Made by a program: the position numbers and the translations under genes
Notes under the pieces: generated by a model
What the model was told of the DNA's origin: nothing
Database searches by the model: none
Seen by the model: the letters and a program-made list of their open reading frames with translations, nothing else
DNA from: a virus
Taxonomy: Duplodnaviria; Caudoviricetes
DNA length: 29,138 bases
Virus record (IMG/VR): IMGVR_UViG_3300028766_000027
Location: 1-29,138 of that record
Reading direction: 5' to 3' (one strand)
In this document: in pieces, positions 23,865 to 29,138 of the stretch
Layout: each line of letters begins with the position of its first letter
Numbering within the stretch: the stretch's first letter is position 1

Positions 23865-24743
23865 ATGCCCACTCTCTCCACCAATCCGAGCGCCCCTGTC
23901 GGCATCTTTGCGCCGTCGTCGATGAAGTGGCAAGACATCTTCGACTTCACGCGCCGACAGGGCGCATCCTCGGTCCAGGTGTCTCCCAAAGACACGCTAA
24001 TCATCTGCCAATTGGTATCGAGTCGCATCTGGACGGCGCACTCATGGCAGTTCACGCTGACCACCACGCCGAAGATCGAATGCGTCAACGGACAGCAGAA
24101 CTACCCTATGCCCGCGGACTGCTATCGGCTCGTCAAGGCATGGCTGCGCTATCCGCAGCCCATCGCAGGCTCGTCGAACACTGTCCCGCCCTTTGACGAC
24201 CCGGCTTACTGGGCGCTGCAAGCAGCAATCCTCTCGCAGCAATATGTCCAGGGGCAGGATGTGACAGTTGACTCCCCTGCCTTCTTTTTCTACCCGCTAG
24301 ACGTGGTAAAGACGCTGGACAACAACCTTTACCCCAACACGGCCCAGCGGATTCGGCAAATCACGCAGATTGGGAACTCTGGGACATGGCGGCTCAGCAG
24401 GGCGACCTACGTTCCAGCCGACCAGCCCTTTGAACTGTTCGGGCAATATCAGCCATTCGCGCCTAAGCTGGCCGATCTCGGCAAGCTGCTCTGGCTGCCC
24501 GAGAACTATACGAACCTTGCGGAGTCGGGCATCCTTTACTATCTCTACAAGGCCAACAACGATCCGCGCGCCGGGGCAGCATCGTTCCAAGACGATCGCA
24601 TGGTCTATTCGGGTCAGTTGGCTGTGTGGATGGGTGAGATTGAATCAGCGGCAGAGGAAGAGCGCGAAGGTTCCGTGGATACGTTTGTTCCCGAAGACTC
24701 GTTGGGCGCAGAAACTTGTGGACAAGGTATCTGGATTCCGTAA
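23865..24743 (+). CDS. Head-tail adaptor protein (putative)
   Basis: GQQNYPMPADCYRL and LPENYTNLAESGILYYLY are patterns typical of podoviral adaptors; position fits. Confidence 0.65.
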   Translation: MPTLSTNPSAPVGIFAPSSMKWQDIFDFTRRQGASSVQVSPKDTLIICQLVSSRIWTAHSWQFTLTTTPKIECVNGQQNYPMPADCYRLVKAWLRYPQPIAGSSNTVPPFDDPAYWALQAAILSQQYVQGQDVTVDSPAFFFYPLDVVKTLDNNLYPNTAQRIRQITQIGNSGTWRLSRATYVPADQPFELFGQYQPFAPKLADLGKLLWLPENYTNLAESGILYYLYKANNDPRAGAASFQDDRMVYSGQLAVWMGEIESAAEEEREGSVDTFVPEDSLGAETCGQGIWIP

Positions 24744-24765
24744 GATGATCTAGGAGGATTTGAAA

Positions 24766-25017
24766 ATGCATTATCGCAACGGACGTGAAGCAAAGAATGG
24801 CGACAAAATTGTCAAGTTGGAAGGCGGGAAAGTTGTGTCTTTTGGTGTTCTCCATAGCGCGACACCGGGGACACCGGGGAACGACTACTGCAATGGCAAT
24901 ATCGCCGCGATTCAGCCCCCGAATGACTACGCATGCATGTGCGACTGCCTGCACGTAAACGACGTGGCTGAAGTTCTCGCAGACAAAGGCTTAGACAAGC
25001 GGCCCGAAGGCAAGTAA
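24766..25017 (+). CDS. Small conserved phage protein (MHYRNGREAKNGD type)
   Basis: AGGAGG RBS; contains an in-frame 9-bp tandem duplication at 24861-24878. Confidence 0.75.
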   Translation: MHYRNGREAKNGDKIVKLEGGKVVSFGVLHSATPGTPGNDYCNGNIAAIQPPNDYACMCDCLHVNDVAEVLADKGLDKRPEGK

Positions 25018-25039
25018 AGATCGATGGAGAGGTGTGGGG

Positions 25040-25654
25040 ATGTCGGTTTCAGTAACGGTGAACGTCAGTTCCCTTTCGGGCGGGTTAACACCCGGCGCAT
25101 ACATCCTCATCACGCTGCTCAACTGCGGGTCTGAGCCATCGGTAGTCAATACTTCTACCCCGGCCCCGATCACGCAGAAGTTCTACCCATTCAACGGCGT
25201 GGTCATCTGCACGCTCTATGACAACATTACGCAGATTTGCTGCGACGGGAACATGCTCAGTTACTACCAGTTCCAACTGGTAAGCGGCGGCGTAACCACA
25301 TTCATCAAGAACGTGGAACTGCCGCCGGGCACGTTCAATCTGGCTAACCTGGCCAACGTTACAACCCCTCCCTGGCAGGCTGGCGTGATCCAGGGGCCGA
25401 CCGGTCCTCCGGGGCCAAATGGGGCTGGTGGCACGGCATTCTATGTGCAGCTCGTCGGCGCAATCGACGGAACGAATAAGACGTTTTCGCTCCCTTTCGG
25501 CAACACTCCCGCGCTCTGGGTGGTGGTGCAGAATACAGTGATTGTCAGCCCGTTCCTGACCACGCCCTATGGCTACACCACGCTGAACAATACCATCACG
25601 TTCAATTCAGCTCCACAGGTGGGGGATGAACTAGAATCGCACGGCTGGTATTAG
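25040..25654 (+). CDS. Virion appendage protein with short collagen-like repeat
   Basis: QGPTGPPGPNGAG and a C-terminal GAIDGTNKTFSL...TITFNSAPQVGD beta domain. Confidence 0.7.
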   Translation: MSVSVTVNVSSLSGGLTPGAYILITLLNCGSEPSVVNTSTPAPITQKFYPFNGVVICTLYDNITQICCDGNMLSYYQFQLVSGGVTTFIKNVELPPGTFNLANLANVTTPPWQAGVIQGPTGPPGPNGAGGTAFYVQLVGAIDGTNKTFSLPFGNTPALWVVVQNTVIVSPFLTTPYGYTTLNNTITFNSAPQVGDELESHGWY

Positions 25655-25656
25655 CC

Positions 25657-28600
25657 ATGGCGGACGCCCCTCTCAACCAACTGACGTATTTGGGCATCGA
25701 CAAGCCGACTCTCGGCTATCGCACTAATACGTCTCCGGTCGATGAGTCTCCGCACTGGGTATTTGGCTCTGCGAATACCATGGCTACGATTGTGGGCGAG
25801 ATGGAGAAACGCCCTGGATTCGCACTGGCGGTTGAGAGCGCCTTGAGCATCATTCCCGGAATCGTCCGCAGGCTCTATACCTGGAGGCGGTTTTCTGGGT
25901 CATTCTTCGTCATGGTATCGGTTGAGTCAACGACTCCCGGCGCGCTCAATCAGGTCTGGAAGTATGAGGTTGGTGTAGACCAGTCATTCGTCAAAATCTA
26001 CACTGACAATACTTCCACGAGTGCCCAGCCATTCGATTTCATCACGTCCAACAACTTCGTCTTCTTCGGCAATGCGACGACACGCCAGAACATGCGCAAG
26101 TTCGACGGAACCTTCATCAGCGATGGATATAGGGCATCGCTCTGGGGGTTGGATTTCCCGGTGACGGGTCCGTCGCGGGCGCTCGTTAGTCCAACTCCGC
26201 CTCCGGGCCTAACGTTCAACGGCACATCGCTTGTCGGAATTCCGATCACTGCCGGAAACTATACAGTCACGTTCACGGCTACCGATCTTGCAGGCGACAC
26301 GGTTTCGCAGTCGCTGCCATTCGCAATTTCCGCACCTACGCTCGACTGGCAGTCGGTTTCCGGCCCCATAGCCTTCGGGGAAAAGGGCATCGCCTATTCT
26401 AGCTCAGCGATGCAGGCCTGGGGCGGAGCTCCCGCGTACGGTTATGTGGTTGCTTCGGGCGCCATTCCTCCCGGCCTCACTATCGATCCGGTTACAGGCA
26501 TCCTTTCGGGTACGCCTACCGCGTCTGGGAACTTCACTTTCGCGATAAGGGTAACCGACTCGGCAGCTACGACTCTCACCCGAGTATTCTCGGTATTCAT
26601 CGGCAACCCGACATTAGCCATCGCGCCTCCTGCCCCGAATACAGGGACCATCGGCACTGCCTATTCGGGAGCCGTAACTCCCGCAGGAGGCACAGCGCCC
26701 TATGCGTTTATCGTGGTTGCGGGAAGCCTGCCTCCGGGGATGCTCATGGATGCGCTCGGCCACGTAACAGGAACGCCTTCAGTTTCCGGTATATATCCAG
26801 TGACCTTTCAAGTCACCGATAGCCTTGGCGTGTCCAATCATGCATCTGCCACCTTCACTATTTCTTCCACGGCGCTCAACATCGCCACACAACCATCCCC
26901 GCCGGCCGGGAAGGTTGGATACGCCTATAGCTTCACGCCATTTGCCAGCGTCGGTATTGGAATCCAAACAAGTTCATCTACCAATCTAACGATTTCCGGC
27001 GATTGGGAGCATGTTGGCACTCAGGTAAGAACTCATTTCGAACCGGCTACCACTGCACTTAGCGACCTTCTATTTTCTGGTTTTACGGCGCTTCCCGCTA
27101 CGGCAATCGTCAATGGCATTTTGGTCACAGCTCAACTGGTGTCACAGGGCATAAGCGGTGGCACTGTAACGCAAATTGCGCTGTATCAATCCGGCGCTCC
27201 TGCGGGGACTATCAAGACTCCTGGGACTGGATTCACCCCAGCGCTAACTACCCAGACATGGGGCAGTCCTACCGATATGTGGGGGTTGAGTCCCTCTGAT
27301 CTGCTTGCCCTTGTGAACAATCCCTCTGCCGGAGTTTCCATTGCTGTGAATGTAGGGCCGAGAGTGTTCATAAGTGTCCCAGTCCAAATGACCGTGTATT
27401 ATTCAATCCCCCCCGCGGGCGTCACCGTCACGGCATCTTCTAATGGGATAACTGCTCAAACGGGATATGCCTACGGGCAGACCTTTACTTCGATCTACGG
27501 ACACGAGTCTTCGATGTCGGCGCTCTCTGTATCAACGGGAATTTTCACCGATCTCGCCGTGCAGACCAACGTGCTTTCCTCTGCCGATCTTCAAGTGAAT
27601 GGTATCAACCTCTACAGGACGACAGACGGCGGCGATATGGACCCAGAAGCCATGCGCCTTGTGGCCTCTCTGCCTAATGTCGATGCGTCCTACACCGATT
27701 CAACCCTCGATATTGATCTCGGCTTTCAGACAGGCCCCGCGCTCTATGTGAATGACCCTCCACAGCCGCTAAATGGATTTGTGTGGTCAAATGGCCGCAT
27801 ATGGGGAAAAAATGGCGCAAATACATGGTTTACCGGGAACGAGGAAATTACGAACGGAATACCGGCCGAGTGCATGTCGGATGCCATCAACGGCAATTAT
27901 TATGCTTGGCCGTCGCAGGTTGGCGGCATGGCGGTAACGTCAAATGGGGTCGATATTGGGCTCGATGAGCAGTTCTGGCAGGTTTCCGGCGATTCTCTGG
28001 CTACGTTCCGTAAGTCGAAACTGTTGCAGGGCGGCGGGACGCGGTATCCAGTAAACATCCTCTCTGTGGGCGACAATGTTTACTGGATTGACACATCGAA
28101 GCAGGGATGGTCATCGTCCGATGGCGAATTCGGTGATAACATCCGCCCCGACTTGGCTTCCTTGACGCTTTCGCAAGCATTCATCGGCTTCCACAAGTCC
28201 AAACTGTTCAACTGGATTTACGTTCTCGATGCAGTGCGCTCGATTCTCTATGTCTACAACCTCGATCTGAACCAGTGGAACACGCCCTGGCTGTTCGGTG
28301 GACGCATGACCGCGATCACATCGGGCGAATTGACGGAGGGCAATATCGAACTCATTGCAGCCTTCGACGGCGGGCATGTGATGTATCTGGACCCCGACCT
28401 ATTCGACGATGACGGGACGCTCTATAGGGATACGGTGGTGTCAAATCTGCTGGCCATCGTTCCGGGGCGCGGCACAATGGCGCGAAATGCAGCGGAAGTG
28501 CGCAAAGTGTCTCAGTTTGACATGGAAGTCTCGACGGTTCAGCAGGGACAGGAATACATTCCGCTCATCCCCCAATTCTTCGGCTGCATCGTGGACGACG

Positions 28601-28821
28601 ATCCGGGCCAATCGACTCAGGACCAATTCTTTGACCTTTCCGCGAACATCTGCGACCCGCAATATCAGGACCAGACAGTCCAGAAGCGGTATATCATCCC
28701 GAAGCGCTGGATGGTTGACCAGGCGGTACCGAGTGGCAGGCGCATTGCATTCCAATCTCAGTGGGGAGAGTCCGCGGATGGATGGGTGATGTACAGTTTC
28801 GATTTGGCCTGGCGAACATGA
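25657..28821 (+). CDS. Tail nozzle/stabilisation protein (P22 gp10-like) with inserted Ig-like (He_PIG) domains
   Basis: N-terminal GEMEKRPG, beta-propeller-like repeats, YVYNLDLNQW. Three PPGLT...GTPT..G...F....TD repeats at ~26195-26870. Confidence 0.7.
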   Translation: MADAPLNQLTYLGIDKPTLGYRTNTSPVDESPHWVFGSANTMATIVGEMEKRPGFALAVESALSIIPGIVRRLYTWRRFSGSFFVMVSVESTTPGALNQVWKYEVGVDQSFVKIYTDNTSTSAQPFDFITSNNFVFFGNATTRQNMRKFDGTFISDGYRASLWGLDFPVTGPSRALVSPTPPPGLTFNGTSLVGIPITAGNYTVTFTATDLAGDTVSQSLPFAISAPTLDWQSVSGPIAFGEKGIAYSSSAMQAWGGAPAYGYVVASGAIPPGLTIDPVTGILSGTPTASGNFTFAIRVTDSAATTLTRVFSVFIGNPTLAIAPPAPNTGTIGTAYSGAVTPAGGTAPYAFIVVAGSLPPGMLMDALGHVTGTPSVSGIYPVTFQVTDSLGVSNHASATFTISSTALNIATQPSPPAGKVGYAYSFTPFASVGIGIQTSSSTNLTISGDWEHVGTQVRTHFEPATTALSDLLFSGFTALPATAIVNGILVTAQLVSQGISGGTVTQIALYQSGAPAGTIKTPGTGFTPALTTQTWGSPTDMWGLSPSDLLALVNNPSAGVSIAVNVGPRVFISVPVQMTVYYSIPPAGVTVTASSNGITAQTGYAYGQTFTSIYGHESSMSALSVSTGIFTDLAVQTNVLSSADLQVNGINLYRTTDGGDMDPEAMRLVASLPNVDASYTDSTLDIDLGFQTGPALYVNDPPQPLNGFVWSNGRIWGKNGANTWFTGNEEITNGIPAECMSDAINGNYYAWPSQVGGMAVTSNGVDIGLDEQFWQVSGDSLATFRKSKLLQGGGTRYPVNILSVGDNVYWIDTSKQGWSSSDGEFGDNIRPDLASLTLSQAFIGFHKSKLFNWIYVLDAVRSILYVYNLDLNQWNTPWLFGGRMTAITSGELTEGNIELIAAFDGGHVMYLDPDLFDDDGTLYRDTVVSNLLAIVPGRGTMARNAAEVRKVSQFDMEVSTVQQGQEYIPLIPQFFGCIVDDDPGQSTQDQFFDLSANICDPQYQDQTVQKRYIIPKRWMVDQAVPSGRRIAFQSQWGESADGWVMYSFDLAWRT

Positions 28822-29138
28822 ATAATTTTCTGGCATTTCCCGACAACTCGAAGCTATCGAACACCGATGATGCGCGTCTGTCGCGTCTTGAGGCTGGCTA
28901 TCCTACCTCAATCGCTGGACGGCAGACGTTCTCAAACTCGACGCTTGCGGTGCCAGCAAAAGGGGCTGTAACCACCTCCGGCACGATTGCCCCGACCGGA
29001 ATCACTGCAACCGGCTCCACATTTGCATTCGTGGTGCAGGGAAATTTCGCCTTCACATCCACCGGAAGCGCGATCACAATCCACTGGGATGGATCGAACG
29101 GCTCTAAACTACTTGCAATCCGCCGTGCTGATGGGTCA
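28818..29138 (+). CDS. Tail-associated protein, 3' truncated by window
   Basis: ATGA overlap; MNNFLAFPDNSKLSNTDDARLSRLEAG... stays open to the window end; T/S/G-rich. Confidence 0.7.
   Translation, partial: MNNFLAFPDNSKLSNTDDARLSRLEAGYPTSIAGRQTFSNSTLAVPAKGAVTTSGTIAPTGITATGSTFAFVVQGNFAFTSTGSAITIHWDGSNGSKLLAIRRADGS

Overview
A ~29 kb segment of a GC-rich tailed phage or prophage with a podovirus-like (P22/N4-type) virion module; the host cannot be determined from the sequence. Left arm (minus strand, <1-7388): SNF2-like helicase fused to an N4/N6 DNA methyltransferase (missing from the ORF track), a second SF2 helicase, a PD-(D/E)XK nuclease, two KTSC-domain genes and an Erf recombinase. A divergent promoter then drives a Cro-like HTH gene, a C5-MTase-like gene, an HNH nuclease and DUF1064, followed by ~600 bp of hairpin-rich non-coding DNA. 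A leftward accessory operon (12628-10392) carries an xis-like gene, a hicB with an inverted hicA remnant, a Zn-ribbon gene and a Fic 5' fragment. The rightward late module encodes TerS, TerL, portal, scaffold, major capsid, adaptor and a tail nozzle with Ig-like inserts. The standout is the last gene of the accessory operon (10392-10775, minus). It is an in-frame chimera of two of the phage's own head genes, 68 aa from the post-portal protein plus the 60-aa portal C-terminus, in permuted order and with mostly synonymous divergence. It is a candidate head-assembly decoy or interference protein; that function is inference only.
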